Assembly (NCBI GenBank): GCA_964441975.1
Contig: CAYTWC010000001.1
Span: forward strand, 1-28,150
Source of the DNA: an uncultured Acidimicrobiaceae bacterium
Lineage (GTDB): Bacteria; Actinomycetota; Acidimicrobiia; Spongiisociales; UBA5794
Reading direction: 5' to 3'
Length of the DNA: 28,150 nucleotides
Position 1 is the stretch's first letter, and each line of letters opens with the position of its first letter. A program made the translations under genes and the position numbers. A model generated the notes under the pieces. The model did no database searches. It saw only the letters and a program-made list of their open reading frames with translations, and was not told the DNA's origin. This document shows, piece by piece, positions 17,791 to 25,724 of this stretch.

Positions 17791-19524
17791 TCACGCTATG
17801 GACCGAAGATGCTCCCTGGGGAGGCTCGGCTCCTCGTCGATCGGTTCGTGTGTCGCACGACCCGGGAGCGTGACCGAGAAACAGGCTCCGCCGAGCAGCT
17901 CGGATGTCCGGTACCCGGTCGAGCCGCCGTGGGCCTCGGCGATTGCGGCGACGACCGCCAAACCGATTCCTGACCCCGGGGTGGTTGCGTTGAGCCTGTT
18001 CGGGCCCCGATCGAAGCGATCCCAGATCCTGACCTCGTGCCGACGAGGGACACCCGGCCCGTCATCGTGCACCTCGAAGGTCACGTCGGAACCATCCGAG
18101 ATGATCCGCATGATTCGCTCGGGACCCCCGTATCTGGCCGCGTTGGTCAGAAGATTGACGAGGACCTGCTGCATCCGGGCGTGATCGGCGAAGACGACGA
18201 GGTCGTCGCTTCCCTCGATCTTGACCGTTTCGACCCCGATGTTGGACGCAAGCACGGACGCCTCCGTGAGCTCTTTAACGGATACAGCTTCGACGTCGAG
18301 ATCGAGACCGCCGTCGGTTCCGCGTGCCAGCATGATCAGATCCGAGACGATCGTGGACATGTAGTCGGCCTGCTCCTGGATGATCCCGACCATTTCGACC
18401 TGATCAGGTTCGAGACGATCCCTGTCCTCGCTGAGGATGTCCACATAGCCGACCACAGCCGTGAGCGGCGTACGAAGCTCGTGAGAGATTGTCGTCACCA
18501 ACAGGTCGCGCTGCTGTTCGATCGTCGCGCGGTTGTCGAGGATCAGGAGCGCCTGGCGTGCGATGACCAGCAACCCCACGAGAATCATCGCCCCGAGCAG
18601 AATGCGGTTGCCCGCGGCATCCGCACCGGTGGCCAGCTCGACCATGAACACAGCGAGCATCATGAGCGCCGGGACGTTGGGCGCGATCTGAGTCCACAGC
18701 GGTGGATTGCGGTCGGCATATTCACGCGTAACGGATGGCTTGCCCACAAAGGAAGCCGATGCCACGAAGAAGCCCATAGCGAGGAGATTGATCCAGTACA
18801 GCGGATTCGCATCCTGGAATGAACCTGACTGCGCCGACGCAAACAGGCTGATGTCGCCGAGGACCTGGAAGGATACGGCGACCGCGAACAGCGCGACCCG
18901 AACGTCGAACCGATGACGCGATCGTCGCAAGAGCACGGTCATCGCGACCGTCAGGACGACCAGGTCGAGGAACGGGTAGAACGCACCGATGGTTCTCGTG
19001 AGCAGCGACGCATCGGCGAGGCCAGACGTCATGTCCGACAGGAGAAGGACCCAGGCGAGCGCGGCGATCGAGACCGCCCCGATCAGACCGTCGAGGAACA
19101 TTCGAGCGCGTTGGGTCGTGGATCCTTCAGCGTGGGGAAGGGCCGACGCCCCGAGAATGACCAACACATACGTCGCGAGGAAGAACAGGTCGGTCCACCC
19201 GAACGCGGGAGCGTCGCCCTGGACGAAGTAGACGACGGCGACGACGAACACCCCGAGGGACGCCGATGCCATGCCGAAACCGATGAGCGACCAACCCGTC
19301 CGTTCGCGACCGTCGAGGGTACGAGCCCGGGAGATGAAGAGTCCGCCGGCGACACCTGCACCGAACATGACTCCGATAGCACCGGCAGCGTCGGCTGCAT
19401 CCTTCGAGCCGAGGATCGTGATCAACCCACACAGGGCGAGAAAGGCGAACACGCCGAGCGCAAACCGTCCGAACGGGACGGTGGTCGTCGATTTGCCGCG
19501 ATGAAAGGTGGTTGTCTGCGTCAC
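17791..19524 (-). CDS. Sensor histidine kinase with a large polytopic (about 9 TM) membrane input domain
   Basis: H-box TISHELRTPLTAVVGY; N-box QVLVNLLTNAARYG; G1 VHDDGPGV; G2 GSGIGLAVV. Membrane region with PAFGWTDLFFLATY, FLDGLI, FYPFLDL and LGDISLF motifs. No receiver domain. Confidence 0.93.
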   Translation of the reverse strand: MTQTTTFHRGKSTTTVPFGRFALGVFAFLALCGLITILGSKDAADAAGAIGVMFGAGVAGGLFISRARTLDGRERTGWSLIGFGMASASLGVFVVAVVYFVQGDAPAFGWTDLFFLATYVLVILGASALPHAEGSTTQRARMFLDGLIGAVSIAALAWVLLLSDMTSGLADASLLTRTIGAFYPFLDLVVLTVAMTVLLRRSRHRFDVRVALFAVAVSFQVLGDISLFASAQSGSFQDANPLYWINLLAMGFFVASASFVGKPSVTREYADRNPPLWTQIAPNVPALMMLAVFMVELATGADAAGNRILLGAMILVGLLVIARQALLILDNRATIEQQRDLLVTTISHELRTPLTAVVGYVDILSEDRDRLEPDQVEMVGIIQEQADYMSTIVSDLIMLARGTDGGLDLDVEAVSVKELTEASVLASNIGVETVKIEGSDDLVVFADHARMQQVLVNLLTNAARYGGPERIMRIISDGSDVTFEVHDDGPGVPRRHEVRIWDRFDRGPNRLNATTPGSGIGLAVVAAIAEAHGGSTGYRTSELLGGACFSVTLPGRATHEPIDEEPSLPREHLRSIA

Positions 19525-19564
19525 CCATCGTTTATCGGCGTGATCTCCGGTCAGGTGTAGGAGT

Positions 19565-20839
19565 TCAGCGCTCGATGTTCACAGTGCCCGACGTTGTCAG
19601 ATCGATCTGCCACTCGATCGGTGTCACGAGTCCATCGATATTGCGCACGAGCGCATCCATGAACCGTTTCAGATCATCGTCCGTCTGGAAGGTCGTCGTC
19701 GTGAATCGAATGCCGTCGGTGCCCTTCGGTACGACAGGGAATCCCGAGACGTTGACATAGAAGCCGTCTTCCATCATGCGTCGGGCATACTCGATCGCAT
19801 TGCCGAGCTCTCCGACCCTGATGAACCACAACGGTGTCCTCTCGAGAGACAGGGCAGGAAGCTGTGCATCCACGATCCGCCGACGGACGTATTCGATCTT
19901 GGCCATCAGCGATTTCTCTCGTTCAAGCCGTTCGTCAGACAGGTGAAAATCGGCAGCGGCAACAGCCGCTCCGAGCTCGGCGGGATGGAGCGGTCCGGAG
20001 AACGTGAACGTGGCTCCTGCGAGCAGAACCTTCTGGGTCAGCTTCTCATTCGGAAGCACGAGCACCGCACCGCCGGCTCCCCACGACTTGGCCAACGACC
20101 CGATAATGATCACACGATCGTGGTACCCGACCTCGGTGATGACATGACCCACACCGTGGTGACCCTTCCAACCGACGCCATGCGCATCGTCGTAGTACAC
20201 GTGAAGATTCTCGAACTCATCGAGCAGCTCGGCGATCTCATGCACCGGTGCAGTGTCACCGAACATCGAGTAGATGCCATCTGCGAGGTACCAGACACGG
20301 GCGTGGGTGCGGGCCTCGGCTTCGAGAACTCGACGAAGCTCGCCGACATCGTTGTGACCTACGTGGCGAACGTCTGCGCCGAAACCCCTGAGGATGCCGG
20401 ATGTCAGCTGTACCGACGCGTGCACCTGATGATCGAGGAGCACCAAGTCACCAGGGCTGACCAACACCGGTAAGACGGACAGGTGACCGAGCGTCGTGGT
20501 GGTCGGTACGAGGATCTCGCCTTGATCGAAGATCTTGCCGAGCCGCTCCTCAAGATCCGTGTAGAGATCGATCGAGGTGTACGCCGCCGATGACGAGAAC
20601 ACCGGACCGTATTGGTCGAGTGCGGCCTTCGCACCGTCGATCAGGCGCTGGTCGGTATTGAGTCCCAGGTACGCACAGGAGCCGTAGTTGAGGAGCTCGC
20701 GACCACGCACGGTTATCGTGCGACCTTCGCTGGACTGGTCCTCCACCCGGAGGCGGATGAGACCGCCTCGCACGGCTTGGCCGAGACGACCTTCAACGAA
20801 GTCGATCGTGCTTTCGCGTGACGACACCTTCGAATCCAT
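19565..20839 (-). CDS. PLP-dependent alpha-oxoamine synthase family protein (BioF/KBL/SPT/CqsA superfamily), not canonical BioF
   Basis: NYGSCAYLGL, DHQVHASV, HND, DGIYSMFGD, DDAHG, PLP lysine in GSLAKSWG, FTFSGPL, FPVVPKG..GIRFT. Start moved from 20977 to ATG 20839 (AGGAG upstream). Confidence 0.88.
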   Translation of the reverse strand: MDSKVSSRESTIDFVEGRLGQAVRGGLIRLRVEDQSSEGRTITVRGRELLNYGSCAYLGLNTDQRLIDGAKAALDQYGPVFSSSAAYTSIDLYTDLEERLGKIFDQGEILVPTTTTLGHLSVLPVLVSPGDLVLLDHQVHASVQLTSGILRGFGADVRHVGHNDVGELRRVLEAEARTHARVWYLADGIYSMFGDTAPVHEIAELLDEFENLHVYYDDAHGVGWKGHHGVGHVITEVGYHDRVIIIGSLAKSWGAGGAVLVLPNEKLTQKVLLAGATFTFSGPLHPAELGAAVAAADFHLSDERLEREKSLMAKIEYVRRRIVDAQLPALSLERTPLWFIRVGELGNAIEYARRMMEDGFYVNVSGFPVVPKGTDGIRFTTTTFQTDDDLKRFMDALVRNIDGLVTPIEWQIDLTTSGTVNIER

Positions 20840-21004
20840 GGCTTGTCCGCGTCTCCTGACCTCGCTTCTGCGGAATGGCGACCCTACCGCGAATGTATCC
20901 ATGTCCGTGGGATTACGGCGAAACGGTCGCCTTGTGGGCGCCACGGTCGCCCCTACACTCCTGTGACCGCAGCCCACGTGACGGCATGCCCATCAGGAGT
21001 TCCG

Positions 21005-21808
21005 ATGCCCCCTATGTTCGGACAGGTCGAGACCGTCAGCTTGCTCGGTCAGTCGATGGTCAGGGTGGTACTCGGAGGCGACGGGCTCGAAGCCTTCGAG
21101 CCGACGCAGTACACCGACGAGTACGTCAACGCGTTGTTTCTCCCGGACGACGCGCCGTATGCACCGCCGTTCGACCTCGAGGAGGCTCGGTCCCTCGAAG
21201 CCGATCTTCGGCCTCGTCCGCGTCGGTTCACCGTCCGTGCGTGGGACGCCGACCTCCGGTTGATGACGATCGACTTCGTCACGCACGGTGATGCGGGATA
21301 CGCGGGACGGTGGGCTCAGCAAGCCAGCCATGGCGACCGTCTCCAGATGATCGGTCCCAACGGGTCCTACAGGCCTGACCCTGACGCCGATTGGTATCTG
21401 TTCGGCGGCGACGAGAGTGCCCTGCCTGCGATCAACCGGTCCATCGAAACGGTCCCGCGGGGTCGATCCTGCCATGTCTTCGTGGTCGTGGACGGTGCGG
21501 ATGACGAGTTCGATCTCCGGGCGCCGGCCACCTCCCAGGTTCACTGGCTCCACCGAACTGGCTCCCCGTCTCCTGAGACCCTCCTCGTCGACGCGGTCTC
21601 CGCACTCGATTGGAACCCTGGACTGGTGGATGTGTTCGTCCACGGCGAGGCAGGAGAAGTCCGCTCCACGCGGAGGCACCTGGTCGGCGACCGCGGAATC
21701 GACCGGGCATCGATGTCCATCTCTCCTTACTGGCGTCGCCACCACGACGACGAGGCGTGGCGAGCCATCAAGCGCCAATGGCTCGAGGACCAAGACCGCG
21801 ACGTCTGA
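21005..21808 (+). CDS. Siderophore-interacting protein (FAD-binding ferric reductase, ViuB/YqjH family)
   Basis: MVRVVLGGDGL, DEYVNALF, RRFTVRAWD, IDFVTHGDAG, GPNGSY, LFGGDESALPAI, VHGEAG, SISPYWR. ATG 21005 with SD AGGAG at 20995-20999. Confidence 0.92.
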   Translation: MPPMFGQVETVSLLGQSMVRVVLGGDGLEAFEPTQYTDEYVNALFLPDDAPYAPPFDLEEARSLEADLRPRPRRFTVRAWDADLRLMTIDFVTHGDAGYAGRWAQQASHGDRLQMIGPNGSYRPDPDADWYLFGGDESALPAINRSIETVPRGRSCHVFVVVDGADDEFDLRAPATSQVHWLHRTGSPSPETLLVDAVSALDWNPGLVDVFVHGEAGEVRSTRRHLVGDRGIDRASMSISPYWRRHHDDEAWRAIKRQWLEDQDRDV

Positions 21809-21848
21809 ACCGGACGCAACAGTTGGCGAAGGGACATCGCCCGCGCAT

Positions 21849-23000
21849 CTAGGCGAGGTCGATCAGACCCGACCAGAAGATGTAGCCGGTTCCGGTGTCG
21901 ATGTCGTATCGGTTCCGCAGTGCCAACCGACCGTCGCCGTCGACCTCGAGGACAGCCATCCCGGCGGGACGAGTCAGCCCGTCAGGCGTGAGGACCGGCG
22001 CAATCGATGTACAACACAGAACCCGTCCCGATCGATCGATACCACCGTTCCGTATGTGGACCAGCCCGGGGTCTGCGTGCTGTTCCACTCGGGCGGTCCC
22101 CGTTTCGCCGTCGATCGAGATCACCGCGATGTCGTCCTCGCCTCCGTCGAATACTCGCATGCCGTTCAGCCTGGGTCCGATGCTGCGGTTGGAGACATAG
22201 ACGACGTGCCCACGAGGATGCGCACGGACGAATCCGACTGCTTGCCGATCCGGCGAGGCATCGGCGAGGGTTGAAACGTCGTGCACCGGCTCTGAAGTCA
22301 ATTCGCCGGTCGGGGACAAGCCGAAGACCATCAGTCGGCTCTGACGTTCGACGCCGAGCAATGCGAATCGGCCCGATGGTTCGTAGTCGAAATGCCGTGG
22401 TCCGAACCCGATCCCGCCGTCGCCAAGCGCTGTCACGCCTCGGTGGGTCATCCTTCCGTCGTCGTACTCGAACAAGTGGATGGAGCCGGGATCCTCCGGT
22501 TCACCAGCCCGCGGCTTGGTCCCTCGACAAACGAACAGCGCCGCGTTGTCGTTCGGCGTCGTCAGGACCTGATGGCCATAGAACCCGAACACATTCTCGG
22601 CCTGTGAAACCTCGCTACCGACGCGTCCATCGGCCTTGATCCGGTGCACCGTGAATGCTGACGGAGCGTTGTATGCGATCAGGACATGTCGACCGGCGCG
22701 ATCGAGACTGACATGAATCGGCCGGGACACCAACCTGACCGGGTCCCCGTGCGGGGTCAGGTCACCGTTCCTGCCGATTGCCCATGCCGTGATCCAGTGA
22801 TGGCTGTTGGCGGTGTACGGACCGCCGTCAGAACATGCGACATACAGGAACCGTCGGTCCGCATCCGGCCACGCATACATGGCTGGGGCAGGAAGCCGCA
22901 CGGTCGACCGCACGCCTGCGCTAGCCCTGTCGGAATCGATCTCCCACGTCGACAATTCGTCACCGACGCCAGTGAGATAGACGCTTCTCGCTCCTGACAT
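21849..23000 (-). CDS. Lactonase-family 7-bladed beta-propeller (6-phosphogluconolactonase / cycloisomerase-2 family)
   Basis: RPIHVSLD, YGHQV, GFGPRHFDY, LGVERQ, HPRGHVVYVSNR, GEDDIAV..ID..TG, HIRNGGIDRSGR. Start moved from 23162 to ATG 23000. Confidence 0.85.
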   Translation of the reverse strand: MSGARSVYLTGVGDELSTWEIDSDRASAGVRSTVRLPAPAMYAWPDADRRFLYVACSDGGPYTANSHHWITAWAIGRNGDLTPHGDPVRLVSRPIHVSLDRAGRHVLIAYNAPSAFTVHRIKADGRVGSEVSQAENVFGFYGHQVLTTPNDNAALFVCRGTKPRAGEPEDPGSIHLFEYDDGRMTHRGVTALGDGGIGFGPRHFDYEPSGRFALLGVERQSRLMVFGLSPTGELTSEPVHDVSTLADASPDRQAVGFVRAHPRGHVVYVSNRSIGPRLNGMRVFDGGEDDIAVISIDGETGTARVEQHADPGLVHIRNGGIDRSGRVLCCTSIAPVLTPDGLTRPAGMAVLEVDGDGRLALRNRYDIDTGTGYIFWSGLIDLA

Positions 23001-23122
23001 CGATCCGAATCTCCTGCGCGGCGACGTGCTCGGGTAGCGTAAACGACGCCACCGCGTGCACGGTGTCGCGTCACACCACGGACACGTCCTCAAACGAATC
23101 GCCCCTGTCGGCCCACGAACAG

Positions 23123-23156
23123 GCGCACCCCACCGGCGCTGGCCGGCAGGGTGCGC
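23123..23156 (-). terminator. Long GC hairpin just downstream of the YceI gene
   Basis: gcgcaccc-ca-ccggc / gctg / gccgg-ca-gggtgcgc: 13 bp of pairing with a 2x2 internal loop, 21 nt after the YceI stop. Confidence 0.55.
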
Positions 23157-23177
23157 ACACACCTCGTGGAACGGGGG

Positions 23178-23759
23178 CTAGGAGGCTGGGGAAGCCTGAA
23201 TCTCGATCTCGATCGTGATGTTCTTCGACACCAGGACTCCACCGGTTTCAAGAGCAACGTTCCAGTTGAGATCCCAGTCCGACCGTTGGATTTCGGTCGA
23301 TGCGGAGAACGCCGCCTTGGGATTACCCCATGGATCGTCGATCAATCCGAGGAAATCGAAATCGAGTGCCACTGAGTTCGTGACACCTTTGATCGTCAGA
23401 TCGCCCTCGAGAACCCAGCCACTCCCCTTCGACCGGACCGATGTCGACTCGAAAGTCATGGTCGGATTGTTCTCGACGTCAAAGAAGTCCGCCGACTTGA
23501 GATGACCGTCACGGTCGGCGGCGCCGGTCGAGATCGAATCCGTTGCGATCGACACAGACACGTGACTGTCCAACGGGTTCTCGGCGACGTCGATCGTTCC
23601 CGCAACGTCCGAGAACGAGCCCCGGACCTTCGTCACCATCAGGTGCCGTCCAACGAATTCGACGGACGAGTGTGCCGGATCGATCTGCCACGTGCCGGGA
23701 GCCGGAACGCTGCGGTCATCGACCATTCGGCTGAGCTGGTGGGTAGTCATGGTGGTCAT
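23178..23759 (-). CDS. YceI-family lipid/polyisoprenoid-binding protein
   Basis: GTWQIDPAHSSVEF..RHLMVTKVRGSF, RDGHLKSADFFDVE, GDLTIKGVT, DPWGN, GGVLVS..I.IEIEIQA. ATG 23759 with AAAGG SD; no signal peptide. Confidence 0.93.
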   Translation of the reverse strand: MTTMTTHQLSRMVDDRSVPAPGTWQIDPAHSSVEFVGRHLMVTKVRGSFSDVAGTIDVAENPLDSHVSVSIATDSISTGAADRDGHLKSADFFDVENNPTMTFESTSVRSKGSGWVLEGDLTIKGVTNSVALDFDFLGLIDDPWGNPKAAFSASTEIQRSDWDLNWNVALETGGVLVSKNITIEIEIQASPAS

Positions 23760-23772
23760 GCAATTGCCTTTC

Positions 23773-23831
23773 GTTGCGCTGTGCAATGGTTGCGTGACGC
23801 AACTATACCCTAGATGGTTGCACAATGCAAC
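23773..23831. promoter_or_regulatory. Three GTTGC-N5-GCAA(C) palindromes, probable MarR operators
   Basis: GTTGC gctgt GCAAT (23773-23787); GTTGC gtgac GCAAC (23789-23803); GTTGC acaat GCAAC (23817-23831). They sit in the 93-bp gap between the divergent yceI-like and marR-like genes. Confidence 0.75.
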
Positions 23832-23852
23832 TACTTTGTGTACGCTTCCTCC

Positions 23853-24347
23853 ATGGCCGTCAAACTCCGAACAACCGAGGCATCCGAGACCTGGCGCGCA
23901 GTCATCACCGCATTCACGCGCATCAACGCAGTCCTTGCGGAGGAGATGGAAACTGACACCGAGGTCTCACTCGAGTGGTACAGCATCCTCCTCATGCTTT
24001 CCCAGGTCGAAGACGGGATGATGCGACCATCGGATATCGCCGACTCCCTCGGCCTCAGCCGGAGCGGCACCACACGACTCATCGATCGCCTCGAACGCGA
24101 TGGGCTGGTTGAGCGCCGTTCGTGTGGCACGGACCGTCGTGGCACCTTCGTCGGGCTCACCACCGACGGGGAGCAGCGCTTTCGCGAGGCCGGGCGTGTT
24201 CACCTCCGAGGCATCAACGAACACGTGGGCTCCCACCTCACGTCCGACGAGATGGCGGACCTACGGCGGATCCTCACCAAACTGGCAGACAGCGCCAATC
24301 GCACGGAACTCGCCATGATCTCCCAGACGTCGGAGTCGCCGCGCTAG
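23853..24347 (+). CDS. MarR-family transcriptional regulator
   Basis: SLEWYSILLML, MRPSDIADSLGLSRSGTTRLIDRLERDGLVER..C..DRRG..VGLT..G. Start moved to ATG 23853. Confidence 0.93.
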   Translation: MAVKLRTTEASETWRAVITAFTRINAVLAEEMETDTEVSLEWYSILLMLSQVEDGMMRPSDIADSLGLSRSGTTRLIDRLERDGLVERRSCGTDRRGTFVGLTTDGEQRFREAGRVHLRGINEHVGSHLTSDEMADLRRILTKLADSANRTELAMISQTSESPR

Positions 24348-24387
24348 CTCGCTGGTTCCTTCTCCCGACCTTCCGTGCGCGCTCGGC

Positions 24388-25569
24388 TCATGGCGCTCGC
24401 TGTGGGTGGGTCGACAACTCGGCGTCAAGGTCTTCGTGCATGGCGGTGTGGTGGGTCCGGCAGAGCAGGACAAGGTTCGTGAGGTCGGTCGAACCACCGT
24501 CGGCCCAGTGTTCGATGTGGTGGGCGTCACACCAGTCTGTTGGAGCATCACAGCCCGCCCACTGACATCCCCGATCTCGGGCGTCAAGAGCTCGGCGCAA
24601 GGCTGGCGGGATCGCCCGGGTTGCTCGTCCCACATCAATCGGTTCCGCGTTCTCATCGAGAATCACTCGCACGACGGTCGAGTCACAGGACAACCGTCTG
24701 GCGACGGCTGGCGACACGACGGCATCACCAATCGTGCCAAGCGCTCGCCTCAGCCCGAGCAGAGCTTCCGCTTCGATCGTCAACATCAGATGTGGCTTGA
24801 CGCCACCCGACGTCGGCGCGGAGCCACGACGCAAGGACTGTTCGCACAGGTCCGCAAGCGCATCGGCTCGGACCTGCCACGGTTTGCGTCGGTCGTCTGC
24901 ATCGAGATTCGACGGATCTGCGATCGATCGGATCGCTGCATCGACCATGGATCCTGTCTCGGGATCGAGTTCTGCCGACAGGGACCACATGCCATCCCAG
25001 GTTTGGTTGATCGACAACCGGCGACGGCTCCTCTGCGCTTCGGCCTGTGCGACGGCAGACGGGTAGTCAACCTGCTGTTCCCAGTGCGTGATCGCGCGGC
25101 GCATGCCGGTCGGATCGAGATACGAACCGATGTCTGCGAAGACCGCCTCGTGGCCACTGAACTCATCGGGATGTCGTCGCCTCGCCCGGTCCAAGAGGGC
25201 GACAACGATCGGGCCGATCACACCTGCAGTCGCTGCGGCCGCCACCTTCGGCATGCGAAGCAGCCCTCGTGACTGGCGAAGCGTTGACGATGCGGCACGA
25301 CCGGTCATGCGGAATGTGGATCGCAGCCAGCCCGTCGTGCTCAGGCGGTGTCGTACATCCGCGAGCTGGCGGCGGTCGTACTCAGCGATGCGTGCCAACC
25401 ATTCTGCATGGTCGGCGTCCATCTGATATTTCATCTCGACGATCGTTGCCTCTAGATCGTCGTCGCCGATGGTGGCGAGCTCCTCGGTCAACCTCTCCCA
25501 CCCGATCCGGATGGAATCGTTGCCGTCCTCATCGAAGACCTCACCCGGCGTGCGGGTTGGGTTCTTCAT
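24388..25569 (-). CDS. DUF222 + HNH endonuclease (Rv1128c / REP13E12-like)
   Basis: RRADALADLC-like 'QVRADALADLC', ARRLSCDS..VRV, DVGRATR, ALDARDRGCQWAGC...WCDAHHIEHWADGGSTDLTNLVLLCRTHH. Confidence 0.93.
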   Translation of the reverse strand: MKNPTRTPGEVFDEDGNDSIRIGWERLTEELATIGDDDLEATIVEMKYQMDADHAEWLARIAEYDRRQLADVRHRLSTTGWLRSTFRMTGRAASSTLRQSRGLLRMPKVAAAATAGVIGPIVVALLDRARRRHPDEFSGHEAVFADIGSYLDPTGMRRAITHWEQQVDYPSAVAQAEAQRSRRRLSINQTWDGMWSLSAELDPETGSMVDAAIRSIADPSNLDADDRRKPWQVRADALADLCEQSLRRGSAPTSGGVKPHLMLTIEAEALLGLRRALGTIGDAVVSPAVARRLSCDSTVVRVILDENAEPIDVGRATRAIPPALRRALDARDRGCQWAGCDAPTDWCDAHHIEHWADGGSTDLTNLVLLCRTHHTAMHEDLDAELSTHPQRAP

Positions 25570-25576
25570 ACCTCAC

Positions 25577-25605
25577 ATGCTATCGAACATATGTTCGATT
25601 GTCAA
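25577..25605 (-). promoter_or_regulatory. Housekeeping-sigma promoter TTGACA-N17-TAGCAT for the DUF222-HNH gene (leaderless)
   Basis: On the minus strand, -35 TTGACA is 25605-25600 and -10 TAGCAT is 25582-25577, with a 17-nt spacer. ATG begins 7 nt downstream at 25569. Confidence 0.8.
25582..25599. promoter_or_regulatory. LexA (SOS) box, actinobacterial consensus TCGAAC-N4-GTTCGA
   Basis: Perfect 18-bp palindrome ATCGAACATATGTTCGAT. Confidence 0.9.
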
Positions 25606-25724
25606 GCCGGATTCAGACAGAACGGAGACCTTCGACCAGCATGGGATGCTCACCCGATCGGACCCATTCGATAGCGCCGATTGACGGCTCTACGCTGCGA
25701 GTCCGATCAACGCGTTGGGAAGCT

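Noticed and set aside
19565-20839. Calling this gene bioF
   Set aside because: The BioF Asn-Asp-Tyr motif is replaced (SCAYLGL), the lysine motif is SLAK and no biotin genes are nearby; only the superfamily is supported.
4284-23000. Gluconokinase plus lactonase as a gluconate pathway cluster
   Set aside because: They are 17 kb apart with unrelated genes between, and the lactonase is not clearly Pgl.
25269-25724. 152-aa N-terminal extension of the 4-TM cyclase
   Set aside because: It overlaps the HNH gene and its promoter; the protein-like sequence begins at ATG 25725.
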